Source: Squalus acanthias
Taxonomy: Eukaryota
DNA length: 64,000 nt
Reading direction: 5' to 3'
Assembly: GCA_030390025.1 (NCBI GenBank)
Contig: CM059425.1
Location: 175,834,001 to 175,898,000 of the forward strand
Made by a program: the position numbers and the translations under genes. Below are positions 25,257 to 37,833 of this stretch, piece by piece (the stretch's first letter is position 1; every line of letters begins with the position of its first letter). The notes beneath the pieces are model-generated. The model did not search any database, was not told the origin of the DNA, and saw only the letters and a list, made by a program, of their open reading frames with translations.

Positions 25257-28215
25257 TCATATCCAATTTCCTGCCCGTTCCCCGTAACCCCTAATTCCCT
25301 TTACTTCTAGGAAACTGTCTATTTCTGTTTTAAATTTATTTAATGATGTAGCTTCCACAGATTTCTGGGACAGCAAATTCCACAGACCTACTACCCTCTG
25401 AGTGAAGAAGTTTCTCCTCATCTCAGTTTTGAAAGAGCAGCCCCTTATCCTAAGATTATGCCCCCTAGTTCTAGTTTCACCCATCCTTGGGAACATCCTT
25501 ACCGCATCCACCCGATCAAGCCCCTTCACAATCTTATATGTTTCAATAAGATCGCCTCTCATTCTTCTGAACTCCAATGAGTAGAGTCCCAATCTACTCA
25601 ACCTCTCCTCATATGTCCACCCCCTCATCCCCGGGATTAACCGAGTGAACCTTCTTTGTACCGCCTCGAGAGCAAGTATGTCTTTTCTTAAGTATGGACA
25701 CCAAAACTGTATGCAGTATTCCAGGTGCGGTCTCACCAATACCTTATATAACTGCAGCAATACCTCCCTGTTTTTATAATCTATCCCCCTAGCAATAAAA
25801 GCCAACATTCCGTTGGCCTTCTTGATCACCTGCTGCACCTGCATACTAACTTTTTGATTTTCTTGCACTAGGACCCCTAGATCCCTTTGTACTGCAGTAC
25901 TTTCCAGTTTCTCGCCATTAAGATAATAACTTGCTCTCTGATTTTTCCTGCCAAAGTGCATAACCTCACATTTTCCAATATTGTATTGCATCTGCCAAAT
26001 CTCCGCCCACTCACCCAGCCTGTCTATATCCCCTTGTAAGTTTTTTATGTCCTCCTCACTTTCTACTTTCCCTCCCATCTTTGTATCATCTGCAAACTTT
26101 GATATGTTACACTCGGTCCCCTCCTCCAAATCGTTAATATAGATTGTAAAGAGTTGGGGACCCAGCACCGACCCCTGCGGAACACCACTGGCTACTGGTT
26201 GCCAGTCCGACAATGAACCATTTATCTCAACTCTCTGCTTCCTGTTAAATAACCAATCCTCCACCCATGCCAGAATATTACCCCCAATCCAGTGATTTTT
26301 TATCTTGAGCAATAATCTTTTATGTGGCACCTTGTCGAATGCCTTCTGGAAGTCTAAATACACTACGTCCACTGGTTCCCCTTTATCCACCCTGTACGTT
26401 ATGTCCTCAAAGAACTCAAGCAAATTTGTCAGACATGACTTCCCCTTCATAAAGCCATGCTGACTTTGTCCTATTAAATTATGTTTATCTAAATGTTCCG
26501 TTACTGTCTCCTTAATAATAGACTCCAAAATTTTACCCACCACAGATGTTAGGCTAACTGGTCTATAATTTCCAGCCTTCTGCCTACTACCCTTTTTAAA
26601 TAAGGGTGTTACATTAGCAGTTTTCCAATCTGCCGGGACCTTTGCTGAGTCCAGGGAATTTTGGAAAATTATTACCAAAGCATCCACAATCCCTACTGCC
26701 ACTTCCCTCAAGACCCTAGGATGTAAGCCATCAGGTCAAGGGAATTTATCCGCCTTGAGTCCCATTATTTTACTGAGTACCAATTCCTTAGTGATTTTAA
26801 TCGTATTTAGCTCCTCCCCCACTAGAGCCCCCTGTTTGTCCAGTGTTGGGATATTCTTAGTGTCCTCTACCGTAAAGACTGAAACAAAATATTTGTTCAG
26901 TATTTTTGCCATCTCCATGTTTCCCACCATTAATTTCCCGCTCTCATCCTCTAAGGGACCTACGTTTGCCTTAGCCACCCTTTTTCTTTTAATATAACTA
27001 TAGAAACTCTTGCTATCTGTTTTTATATTTTTTGCTAATTTATTTTCATAATCTATCTTCCCTTTCTTAATCAATCCTTTAGTTACTTTTTGCTGTCTTT
27101 TGAAGACTTCCCAATCTTCTATCCTCCCACTAAGTTTGGCTACCTTATGTGTCCTTGTTTTTAGTCTGATACTATCCTTAATTTCTTTGCTTAGCCACAG
27201 ATAGCTGTCATTTCTTTTACACCCTTTTTTCCTCAGTGGAATATATTTTTTTTGCAAGTTGTAAAATAACTCCTTAAATGAGCCGTTAACTCGTCCATTT
27301 TGTTACGAATGCTACGTGCATTCAGATAAAGAACTTTCAAATATGTTTTGTGACACTTAGTTCCGTCTTACCCTTTAATCTATTTTCCCAGTCCACTTTA
27401 ATCAATTCCGCTCTCATACCATCATAGTCTCCTTTATTCAAGCTCAGTACGCTTGTTTGAGAACCAACCTTCTCACCCTCTAACTGGATATGGAATTCAA
27501 CCATGTTATGGTCACTCATTCCAAGGGGATCCTTAACTAGGACATTATTAATTAATCCTGACTCATTACACAGGACCAGGTCCAAGGTTGCTTGCCCCCT
27601 TGTAGGATCAGTTACATACTGCTCAAGAAATCCATCCCTAATACACTCAATAAGCTCTTCCTCAAGGCTGCCCTGCCCAATTTGATTTGTTCAGTTAATA
27701 TGATAGTTAAAATCCCCCATAATTATAGCTGTTCCCTTATTACATGCCCCAACTATTTCCTGATTAATACTTCTTCCAGCAGAGTTGCAACTATTAGGAG
27801 GCCTATATACTACTCCCACTAGTGTTTTTTTCCCCTTATTATTCCTTATCTCCACCCAAACTGTTTCATTATCCTGATCGTTTGACCCAATATCATTTCT
27901 CTGTATTACAGTGATTCCTTCCTTTATTAACATAGCCACCCCACCTCCCCTTCCTTCCTGCCTGCCCTTCCTGATTGTTAAATACCCTGGCATATTTAAT
28001 TCCCAGTCATTGTCACCCTGCAGCCATGTTTCTGTAATGGCCACAAGATCATACCCATACGTAGTTATTTGTGCCATTAACTCGTCCATTTTGTTACGAA
28101 TGCTACGTGCATTCAGATAAAGAACTTTCAAATATGTTTTGTGAAACTTAGTTCCTGCTTTTTCCTTTATTAACACTTTACCTTTTACTCCATACCTTCT
28201 GTCCCTTCCTGACAC
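25257..28215 (-). pseudogene. CR1 ORF2 (endonuclease plus reverse transcriptase), fragmented; RT portion open 26711-25257
   Basis: YLNARSI, AITETWL, GDFN, SDHN, NYRPVSL, DFQKAFD, GVPQGSVLGP, FADD. Confidence 0.93.
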
Positions 28216-28259
28216 GCTTTCCTCTGTCTCCCTGCTCAGGTGCCCAACCCCCTGCCACT

Positions 28260-29209
28260 TTAGTTTAAACCCTCCCCAACAGCACTAGCAAACACTCCCC
28301 CTAGGACAGCGGTCCCGGCCCTGCCCAGGTGCAGACTGTCCCGTTTGTACTGGTCTCACCTCCCCCAGAACCGGTTCCAATGTCCCAGGCATTTGAATCC
28401 CTCCCCCTTGCACCATTCCTCTAGCCACGTATTCATTTGAAATATCCTCCTATTTCTACTCTGACTAGCATGTGGCACTGGTAGCAATCCTGAGATTACT
28501 ACCTTTGAGGTCCTATTTTTTAATTTACCTCCTAACTCCCTATATTCTGCTTTTAGGACCTCATCCCCTTTTTTACCTATATCGTTGGTGCCTATGTGCA
28601 CCACGACAGCTGGCTGTTCGCCCTCCCCTCCAAAATGTTCTTTAGCCGCTCTGAGACGTCCTTGACCCTTGCACCAGGGAGGCAACACACCATCCTGGAG
28701 TCTCGGTTGCGGCCACAGAAACGCCTATCTATTCCCCTTACAATTGAGTCCTCTATCACTATAGCTCTTCCACTCTTTTTCCTCCCAGCCTGTGCAGCAG
28801 AGCCACCCATGGTGCCAGGAAGTTGGCTGCTGCTGCCTTCCCCTGATAAGTCATCCCCCCCAACAGTATCCAAAGTGGTATATCTGTTTGAGAGGGGAAT
28901 GTCCACAGGGCACCCCTGCACTACCTGCCTGCACCTCTTACTCTGCCTGGTGGTCACCCATTTACTTCCTGCCTGTACACCCTTTGCCTGCGGTGTGACC
29001 AACTCGCTAAACGTGCTATCCACGAGGTTCTCAGCATCACGAATGCTCCAATACGCATCCATCCGCAGCTCCAGCGCCGCAATGCGGTCTGTCAGTAGCT
29101 GCAGCTGGATACACTTCCCGCACACATGGTTGTCAGGGACACCGGAAGGGTCCCTGATTTCCCACATCGAGCAGGAGGAGCATAACACGGGGCTGGGCTG
29201 TCCTGTCAT
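28260..29209 (-). pseudogene. CR1 ORF1 (zinc finger/leucine zipper plus SGNH esterase-like), frameshifted
   Basis: CSSCSMW...CGKC, DSIVRG, CLPGARVKD, VHIGTND, VVISGLLP. Confidence 0.88.
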
Positions 29210-29495
29210 GACTTACCCTTTAATTAATTGAACTTAAATTAAATCAAATCAATACCACCAATTACACTCAATTAAATGATATACTCAAGGGCCCTTGGTT
29301 ACTAGCACTAGAAACTATATCCACAAAATTAAGTCCTTCTAAACTTTATAAACTATGAACCTTAACTGTCAAACTATAGAGTAGTATAAATACTTACCTA
29401 GCCATACTCACCCAATCAGCTGCTCCCTCCTGCCCGCGTCACGTTTTGAATCGTGACGTGGCTCTGGAACGCCGCCGCCGGTCTGAGATTGGTAT

Positions 29496-29652
29496 GCCTG
29501 TGAAAGAAAAGCCCGTGAAAGTGAGTTTAAATACTCACTGGACCTCCGGTCTCGTCCGCTCCCGACACCAGCCTGTGAAAGAAAAGCCCGCGAAAGTGAG
29601 TTTAAATACTAACCGGGCCTCCGGTCTCGCCGCTCCCGACACCAGCCTGTGA
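29496..29652. repeat. 75-bp tandem repeat (2 units plus a partial) in the CR1 5' UTR
   Basis: gcctgtgaaagaaaagcccg... starts at 29496, 29571 and 29645. Confidence 0.9.
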
Positions 29653-30241
29653 CCTTAATTTAGGTTAGATAAGAAAGCAGACAGGTATGTAACTCGAACG
29701 CTGTAAAATAAGTTTCTCTCACAATCCTCCTCCCACTGTTTTGATGATCTCTACCGTGCTGCAGTGAGGAGACCGTGGAGACCAGGCACTTGTTTGTCAG
29801 CAGGGATGGAATATCGGAGTGTTACCTCAGGTTTCTTTTGTGTACCTCATAATGAAAAAAAAACCAGAAACTTACATTAAGTAGTGTCTTTACATTATGA
29901 AGCATCTCAAAATGAATTAAGTTTTGGAGTTATTTTTATGTCGGCAAAGATCAGCACTTACAGTTAGACTTGGAAGACCAGAAGTTGTTTTGTGCAAGGA
30001 AGCCAGCGCAGGGTGTCAAAATGAATCACATGATATGAGCCTGGTCAGGTTTAAGATGATCTACTTATTTAGTCTTAAAATTCAATTCAAATAATAAGTA
30101 TAAGCACATATCAAACATAACTTTACAAAAGCCAGAACTGAATATCCTAATGAAAGCTTTCAGTAAACAAAGTGTGCTGGCACAGGAATTAATTCATGAA
30201 GTACTGATTATGTAATTAATCTTTAATTTTCTGAATCCATT

Positions 30242-30867
30242 TAAGAACATAAGAACATAAGAAATAAGAGCAGGAGTAGGCCATTCGGCCCTTCGAGCCT
30301 GCTCCGCCATTCAATGAGATCATGGCTGATCTTCTGCCTCAACTCCATTCACCGGCCCTATCGCCATATCCCTTGATGACCTTACTAGTCAGAAATCTAT
30401 CGACTTCTGTTTTGAATATACCCATTGACTGAGCCTCCACAGCCCTCTGGGGTAGAGAATTCCAAAGATTCACCACGCTCTGTGTGAAGAAATTTCTTCT
30501 CATCTCAATCCTGAATGGCCTACCCTTTATCCTGAGGCTGTGGCCCCTAGTTCTAGACTCCCCGGCCAAGGGAAACATTCTCCTAGCATCCACTCTATCA
30601 AGCCCTGTAATCATTTTGTATGCTTCAATGAGATCCCCTCTCATTCTTCTGAATTCAAGAGAATACAGGCCTAGTTTACTCAATCTCTTCTCATACGACA
30701 GTCCCGCCATCCCAGGAATCAATCTCGTGAACCTTCGTTGCACTCCCTCTATGGCAAGTATATCCTTCCTTAGGTAAGGAGACCAAAATTGTACACAGTA
30801 CTCCAGGTGTGGTCTCACCAAGGCCCTATATAATTGGACTAAGACTTCTTTACTCCTGTACTCAAAT
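30242..30867 (-). mobile_element. CR1 3' fragment
   Basis: RPHLEYCVQFWSP...FFTQSVVNLWNSLP plus the tail. Closely similar to 33256-33870. Confidence 0.92.
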
Positions 30868-31907
30868 TTACTAATGATTAAAGTATCAAAACATGTAATA
30901 TCATGCAGCTATATCTAAATAAAGAACTTGCATTTATGTAGTGTTTTTAATAACCTCTGACATCCCAAAACGCTTCACAGCCAATGAAGTACTTCTGAAG
31001 CGTAGGCCGCGAATTTAATTCTGGAGGTGGGATGGGGCCAGATCAGCTGGTTTCTGGGTTCCGGTCCCGCCCCCAGCTGCCTCCACTCTGCAGACGTGAT
31101 TTTCCCTTGATTGGCCTTGTTAAGCCCGCCCTGCGGGCTTACCGGCCAATTAACAGGAAGCGGGTCTGATGACGTCATTTGATGACGCGTCATATGCTGG
31201 TTTCCTTAAAGGGACCACAGACAATTTTATTTTGACAGTTCTGCTGTCAGTGTTTGACAGCATTGAGATGCTGCAAACACTAACAATCACTGCACAAAGG
31301 TGAACACTTCCACCCAAGCTCTCCAATGACTTCCTCCATATGCTTACAGAGGGAGTCACAGCACACAGGGAGGTTCTCTTCCCTTCCAAGGGCGGAAGAG
31401 ACCTCACCAGGATATCAACTTACCTTGAACCTCCACCCAACGCTCTCTATCTACTTTATCACTTCCCCATCTCACTAGCCACCCCTCACACTCACCCTCA
31501 TCCTACTGCAAGTATACCAACTAACAACACACAAGGGTAGGCACTTGAGAGGTTTAGCCAATGTCCATGTGAAGTTTCTGGTAATGTGTTGTCATATAGT
31601 GCAATAACTTTTTCCAAAAGTGCCCCTTATTGGACAGATCTGAGCGCACATTGAGAAGTGTCTTACTGAGTTCCAGTGATTGTTCAGTCATAACTCCCCG
31701 CGCCCCCTCTTCCCCCCGCTATAGTGATGAGTGTGCATAGAATGGCTTGGACATTAAAGGGATGTTTCACGGTGTTGGTGTGGGATGGTGTCAACCTGGT
31801 GCATCATGTGGCAGCCAGGGTTTACAGCATCAAGGGAAGTAAATCTGGCCATGGTGATGCCATCGCTAGGCCTCCCGGGCAGCAATTTTGTCAGGGGCTG
31901 ATGCTCT

Positions 31908-32784
31908 GGCCGGAATTTTGCCGCTCCTCAGAGTGCGGGATTGGAGGCGGGACCGCTGTCAAAAATGCAAAGATTGACAGTGGGCAGGAAACCCGCAGTC
32001 AACCCGCCTCCAATCAATCTTCTGAAGTGTCGGGTCTCTGATTTGCGCATGGACCCAACACCTAGCGGCGGGAAGAGGATTATAGCCACTTACCTGGCTG
32101 TTAACAGGTACTTGATACTTGTTAACAGGTTCTTTTTCAATTTTGCTGCTTCTGCTTCGGGTTCCCCAACGTCCGGACACCACGCCAGGTAAGTGTGGTG
32201 TGTTGTGAGTCTGCTGTAATGTTTCTGCATTGATGACAGCTGCAGAAGTGGTTTGAAGGATCCAATGGTGCACTGATGAGTTTCATGAGGTAAGAAAATG
32301 TTGGGAAAATCATTTTTAATGCATTTACACTTTTCTGTAGGTAACAAGTTTTGAATTAGCTGTCTAGTCCCACCTCATTGGGAGAACCTCTCTCACCAGT
32401 GATAGATCGCTTCTGTAACCTCACCTGCAGCTGCCATCTGTTCTAGCCTATGGAGGGAGTCATTGGAGTGCCTGGGTGCAAGAGCTCACCTTTGTACAGT
32501 GATTGTCAGTGTTTGCAGCACCTCAATGCTGTCAAACGCTGAGAAATGAGCTGTCAAAGAAAAATTGTGCATGGTTTCTTTAAGAAAACCGGCAGATGAC
32601 GTGTCATCAAATGACGTCATCTGACCGGCTTCCTCTTAATTGGCCAGCAACCCCGCAGGGCGGGCTTAACAAGGCCAATCGATGTAAAATCACGTCTGTG
32701 GGCCGGATACAGTTGGGGGCGGGACTGGAACCCGGAAACCAGCTGACCCGCTCCCAAACTACACCCAGTTGCAAAATCGTGGCC
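31908..32784. mobile_element. 877-bp non-autonomous Harbinger nested in C
   Basis: GGCCGGAATTTTGC and GCAAAATCGTGGCC ends with TSD TCT. The flanks rejoin to match 46219-46250. Confidence 0.85.
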
Positions 32785-33255
32785 TCTGTGTCCAGTGCAG
32801 CATCAGGTGGGTGAGGAGGAGGCTGGCGCTCCTGGTGCTGGTGCGGCTGTTGTGTTGCTGCCACGGCTGCTCTTCCTCCGAATCTGACGGCCAGGATGAG
32901 AGGATGTAAATGGTTCCCATCCTGTTGCTATAGATTTCAGTTGAGGCAAGAAGCTTGCAAGCGCACACTCAAAGTGGCCTGAAATTATTCCAATCAGGCA
33001 ACACTGCAGATGGGTGTCAGCTTGAACAGTCACAAGGTCGGTAGATTTGCTAAATCTTATCCCAAACCTCCAACAACAAAGTTGTTGCATTTGAAGGTCA
33101 GCCATATTACAGGAGCGCTTTTAAAGTGCTGCACCAATGACTACAAATCATGTCCTCCAGCAACTCGTCTCCTTGCAGCTGGCATGTTTCTGACAAGACG
33201 GGAAACAGGAGCCAGAAGCATGAAAATGGGAAACCACAATAAAAATAGGTTTAGC

Positions 33256-34583
33256 AAGAACATAAGAAATAGGAGCAGGAGTAGGCCATTCGGCCCTTCG
33301 AGCCTGCTCCGCCATTCAATGAGATCATGGCTGATCATCTACCTCAACTCCGTTCACCGGCCCTATCGCCATATCCCTTGATGCCCTTACTAGTCAGAAA
33401 TCTATGGACTTCTGTTTTGAATATACCCAATGGCTGAGCCTCCACCGCCCTCTGGGGTAGAGAATTCCAAAGATTCACCACCCTCTGTGTGAAGAAATTT
33501 CTTCTCATCTCAGTCCTGAATGGCCTACCCTTTATCCTGAGACTGTGGCCCTGGTTCTAGACTACCCAGCCAAGGGAAACATTCTCCCAGCATCCACTCT
33601 ATCAAGCCCTGTAATAATTCTGTATGCTTCAATGAGATCCCCTCTCATTCTTCTGAATTCAAGAGAATACAGGCCTAGTTTACTCAATCTCTTCTCATAC
33701 GACAGTCCCGCCATCCCAGGAATCAATCTCGTGAACCTTCGTTGCACTCCCTCTATGGCAAGTATATCCTTCCTTAGGTAAGGAGACCAAAATTGTACAC
33801 AGTACTCCAGGTGTGGTCTCACCAAGGCCCTATATAATTGGACTAAGACTTCTTTACTCCTGTACTCAAATCCTCTTGTAATGAAGGCCAGCATACCATT
33901 TGCCTTCCTAATGGCTTGCTGCACCTGCACATTCACTTTCAGTGACTCATGTACAAGGACACCCAGGACCCTTTGAGCATCTGCATTCCCCAATCTTTCA
34001 CCATTTAGGAAATACTCTACCTTTCTGTTTTTTCTACCAAAGTGGATAACTTCACATTTATCCACATTATATTCTATCTGCCATGTTCTCGCCCACTCAC
34101 TGAGCCTGTCGAGATCCCCTTGAAGCCTCTTCACATCCTCTTCACAACTGACACTGCCACCTAGCTTTGTATCATCAGCAAATTTGGAAATGTTACATTT
34201 AGTCCCCTCATCCAAATCATTGATATAGATTGTGAATAGCTGGGGCCCAAGCACCGATCCTTGCAGTACCCCACTAGTCATAGCCTGCCATTCTGAAAAA
34301 GACCCATTTATCCCTACTCTTTGTTTTCTGTCTGTTAACCAATTCTCAATCCATGTCAGTATATTACCCCCAATTCCATGTGCCCTAACTTTGTTCACCA
34401 ACCTCTTGTGTGGGACCTTATCGAAGGCCTTCTGAAAATCCAAATACACCACATCTACCGGTTCCCCTTTGTCTACTCCACTAGTTACATCCTCAAAGAA
34501 CTCCAATAGATTTGTTAAACAGGATTTCCCTTTCATAAATCCATGTTGACTCTGCCCAATCTTACTATTAGTTTCTAAGTGCC
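33256..34583 (-). mobile_element. 5'-truncated CR1 (RT) inserted in Harbinger C
   Basis: 324-aa RT ORF with KSCLTNL, FQKAFD and FADD, plus a CR1 tail. Confidence 0.93.
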
Positions 34584-36117
34584 CAGGCTCTTCACTGCCT
34601 TAACTACCTGTCCCACCGGTTCCAGTCGAGTCAGTTTGGGAGTGGCTGATCCGACACTCACGAAAATTGGGTGGGGGCGGGATGGAGGTGGGTTGGCAGT
34701 CTGAAGCCATTCTTTCCGATTTTCGCTGCTGACCTGCCTCCAAACCCGCCTCCTCAGGGCTATTAAAATCGAGCCCGTAGTAACTGTTGTAATGTAAGGA
34801 AAAGCACCAGTCAATTTGCACAGCAAGGTTCCACAAAAAGCATTGAGATAAATAAGCAGATAATTTATTTTGAAGCTAATGGTTGAGATAAGTGTTGGCC
34901 AGGACAATAGGACAGCTTCACCTGAGACAGTCCATGGGGCTGCTGTTTAAAATCTCACCTGAAAGACGACACCTCTGACAATGCAGCACTCCCTCACTAC
35001 TACATTGAATAGTCAACCGAGATTAAATGCTCAAATCTCTGGAGTGGGTCTTGGACCCATATCCTTCTGACTCAGCAGTGAGAGTGCGATTACTGAGGCA
35101 AGGCTGACACCTGACTCAGTGGTAGTCTTGGCATCCAAGCTCAACTCATAATGAAAAAAGTTTATAGTAAGAGCTAAAGAGGAGAATTACCTATTCCTTT
35201 AACTGAACTATGTTTGAACTCAGTTTGCCTTGCTCCTTGTAAATTTATACCAGTTTATGAACGGCGGCAAATTTCTTGTGCTATGATGTGTGTGTCAGTA
35301 ATCACAGCACTGGAACATGAAACTTATAGGCTGTATATAAGTAATGGAAATTTCTTTTATATTAGAACTAGATTTGTGTTTTGTTGGCTATTTTGTACTG
35401 TGATAATTTCATTTCTGTTGTCAATGCTTGTATAATTGCTAGACAGTGAAAATACTTTGTGATTGACTCACATTCATCATGGTAATTAACTATTCATCAC
35501 TGCCAGGCTTCAAACTAACGGGACTAAAAATGAACTTTCCTAATCACACTGAAGACATTGACTAATGGATTCCTTTTACCTTCATTAGTTTCAGATTCTA
35601 AAATAGCCCTCAACTGATGAACTACACCACACAATGAAGTTAAAACAGTTAGGTGGGTATAAATCATGTCAGATATGTTTTATATAAAATGATTTGATAA
35701 CAAAGCATTGAGCTGAAGTCAAGCCTTTTGAAAATGCATATAAACGGCATTGACCTGCATGTTACATTTTTTTTGCTCTTCTTAGCCAGCACTTAACAAG
35801 TTAGTTAGTCTACCCCTGGACATTTATTATAATTCACAGTGATGATGTATTGTGCTGTAGCCAGGTACTTAAGATGGCATTAGAGCAGGAATAGCAATAT
35901 TTAATTGGAGGGAGCTAGTTATAGATGCAGTGCTGCCATTTGTTAAATGCCTGTGTGAATCAGCAGTAGTAAGATGTGTGCTGCTAGAAAAACCTGAATG
36001 AAGTAAAGACAGTCTGTAAAGGTGAAATTTCCTTCGAGCCCAGTCACACATACATGTGCTGTGAATTCTAAACTATAGTCTGCAAGATACTGTATTTGTT
36101 GCTGTCATGAGCATGAT

Positions 36118-36241
36118 TTCCAGTTCTGATGAAAGGTGAACGACCTGAAACGTTAACTCTGTTCTCTCTCCACAGATGCTGCCTGATCTACTGAGTGCTT
36201 TCCGCATTTTATTTTTTTATTTTGTGATTTCCTAACATTGC
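36118..36241 (+). mobile_element. Penelope-type short terminal repeat carrying a hammerhead motif
   Basis: ctgatgaaagg..cctgaaacgttaactc...cacagatgctgcctga...ctgag. Homologous copies at 37709, 41700 (minus strand) and 51697. Confidence 0.7.
36122..36158 (+). ncRNA. Minimal type I hammerhead ribozyme motif
   Basis: AGTT-CTGATGA-A-AGGT(gaacg)ACCT-GAAA-CGTT-AACT. Both core boxes, stem I (AGTT/AACT), stem II and a palindromic loopless stem III (AACGTT) are present. Confidence 0.7.
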
Positions 36242-36682
36242 ACGGACAGACCTCTATGTTGCTCAGTCTTAGGGTACATTTGCATGGCAGCTGACACTGA
36301 TATCTGCAGTTTGGGTCCAACCAGGCAGAACCCAATTTATATTACTTGGTTCCTGCCTGTCTGGAACTTCAGCTGTTCTGTTTAGGAGAGAGCCCTGTGT
36401 ACGCCTGGATACATGCATGGGGAGCGCTGTCTCCCAATGGTTAACACCATAAATGTTTAGAGAGCAGGAAGGGACTGAATCTCTGCTCTTTAAACATTTC
36501 AAATAGGTCAAGTTGGTTTACAAATTGTTTGAGGGGTCCAGTAGACCTTCTGAGCAGTTTGTAAACCTGATTTGATACCACACTAGATTTCCAATCAATG
36601 CAGTCTGTTGCTACCATTTGCTATTTATACCAGAATGTTTAATTTTTCAGTTAATTTGTAGCAACGTTGTGCAAAGTAAAGT

Positions 36683-37128
36683 GCCAGCCTTGGCTCAGTG
36701 GTAGCACTGTTGCCTCTGAGTCAGAAGGTGGTGGGTGCAAGAATTGACCACATAATCTCAGCTGAGACTCCAGTTTAGTACCGACGGAGTGCCACCCTGT
36801 AGAGGAGCCGTCTTTCGAATGAGCTATTAAGCCAAGGTCCCATCTGCCCTCTCAGGTGGGCATGAAAGATTCCATGGCACTATTCGAAGAAGAGCAAGAC
36901 AGATCTCCGAGTTTTCTGCCCAACATTTATCCCTCAACCAACACCACTGAAAAAGTTTAATTGGCCATTTATCTCATTGCTGTTTGTGGGACTTTGCTTT
37001 GTGCAAATTGACTGCCGTGTTTCCCAACATTACAACCACACTTCAAAAGTAATTAATTGGCTGTGAATTGCTTTGGGACATCCTAAGGTCATGAAAGGTG
37101 CTATATAAATGCAAGTTCTTTCTTTCTA
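36683..37128 (+). mobile_element. tRNA-derived DeuSINE (SacSINE1-like), near full-length
   Basis: A-box TGGCTCAGTGG at 36691, Deu-domain-like core cattgctgtttgtgggac...caaattg, and tail ggtgctatataaatgcaag. Confidence 0.8.
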
Positions 37129-37708
37129 TATTGAGATTACAAAAATTAATTAGAAAATTGTGACAATTGGCAGGAAAGATTTCATCAATTGAAGTGATGT
37201 TCAAGGCAAGGACTGAGTCACTGCATTCAGGCTGTCGAGAGTTTCTACTCAGCCACAGTGCACGTTTTATTCTTCACTGAAGTCAAGGTGGTTTCTCCTG
37301 TAAATAGTACAGTCATCCAGGATGCAAGACAGTACAAAGAATCTGCAAACTTTGGGTGACTCACACTACAAAGCACTACCAGAGTGATCAAAGGCCATAG
37401 AAACCAGTCTTGCTTTTGGTTATCCTTTGGTTAAATTTAATTTGGTTTAACATTTTTGGTCGCCCCCTCCTAATATCTCCTTCTTGGATCTGCATCTATT
37501 TTTGTCTGGTTGTCTCAATGAAGCACCTTGGGTCATTTTTCTACATTAAAGGTGCTATATAAATATATGAAAATCTCTAAACAATGTAAAGTCCAAAAAC
37601 CTTTTGAACTTTTTCTTAAGTACATGATGTAAATAACTATACAGAATGGGATTTTTGTTTATGCAACTATGTTCATTAAAGCACACTACCACAACACAAT
37701 AATGCAGA

Positions 37709-37833
37709 AAGGTCATCGACCTGAAACGTTAACTCTGTTTCTCTCTTCACATATGCTGCCTGACCTGCTGAATGTCTCCAGCATTTTCTGTTTTTATTTC
37801 AGATTTCCAGCATCTGCAGTATTTTCTTTTTAG
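37709..37833 (+). mobile_element. 5'-truncated Penelope-type short repeat with an 11-bp TSD
   Basis: AATAATGCAGA at 37698-37708 and 37834-37844. The insert begins inside the hammerhead motif. Confidence 0.75.

Larger units (their letters stand above)
25057..29652 (-). mobile_element. Near full-length CR1-clade LINE (HER1-like)
   Basis: 5' UTR with 75-bp tandem units, ORF1, ORF2 (APE endonuclease plus RT), 3' UTR and (TTCTTATG)n tail. Confidence 0.95.
31005..34776. mobile_element. Composite non-autonomous Harbinger C with a nested MITE and CR1
   Basis: Ends GGCCGCGAATTT and AAAATCGAGCCC with TSD GTA. The left part resembles element D and the right part resembles element B. Confidence 0.8.
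30922..35110 (-). mobile_element. DeuSINE split by Harbinger C (pieces 30922-31004 and 34780-35110)
   Basis: The tail and core resume across the GTA TSD. A tRNA-like head lies near 35060-35105. Confidence 0.75.

Noticed and set aside
28596..29231. 211-aa plus-strand ORF, and similar antisense ORFs at 50218-50793 and 56039-56443
   Set aside because: They are antisense shadows of CR1 ORFs with no independent motifs.
36683..36760. tRNA gene
   Set aside because: It is a tRNA-like SINE head with a damaged B box and continues into the SINE body.
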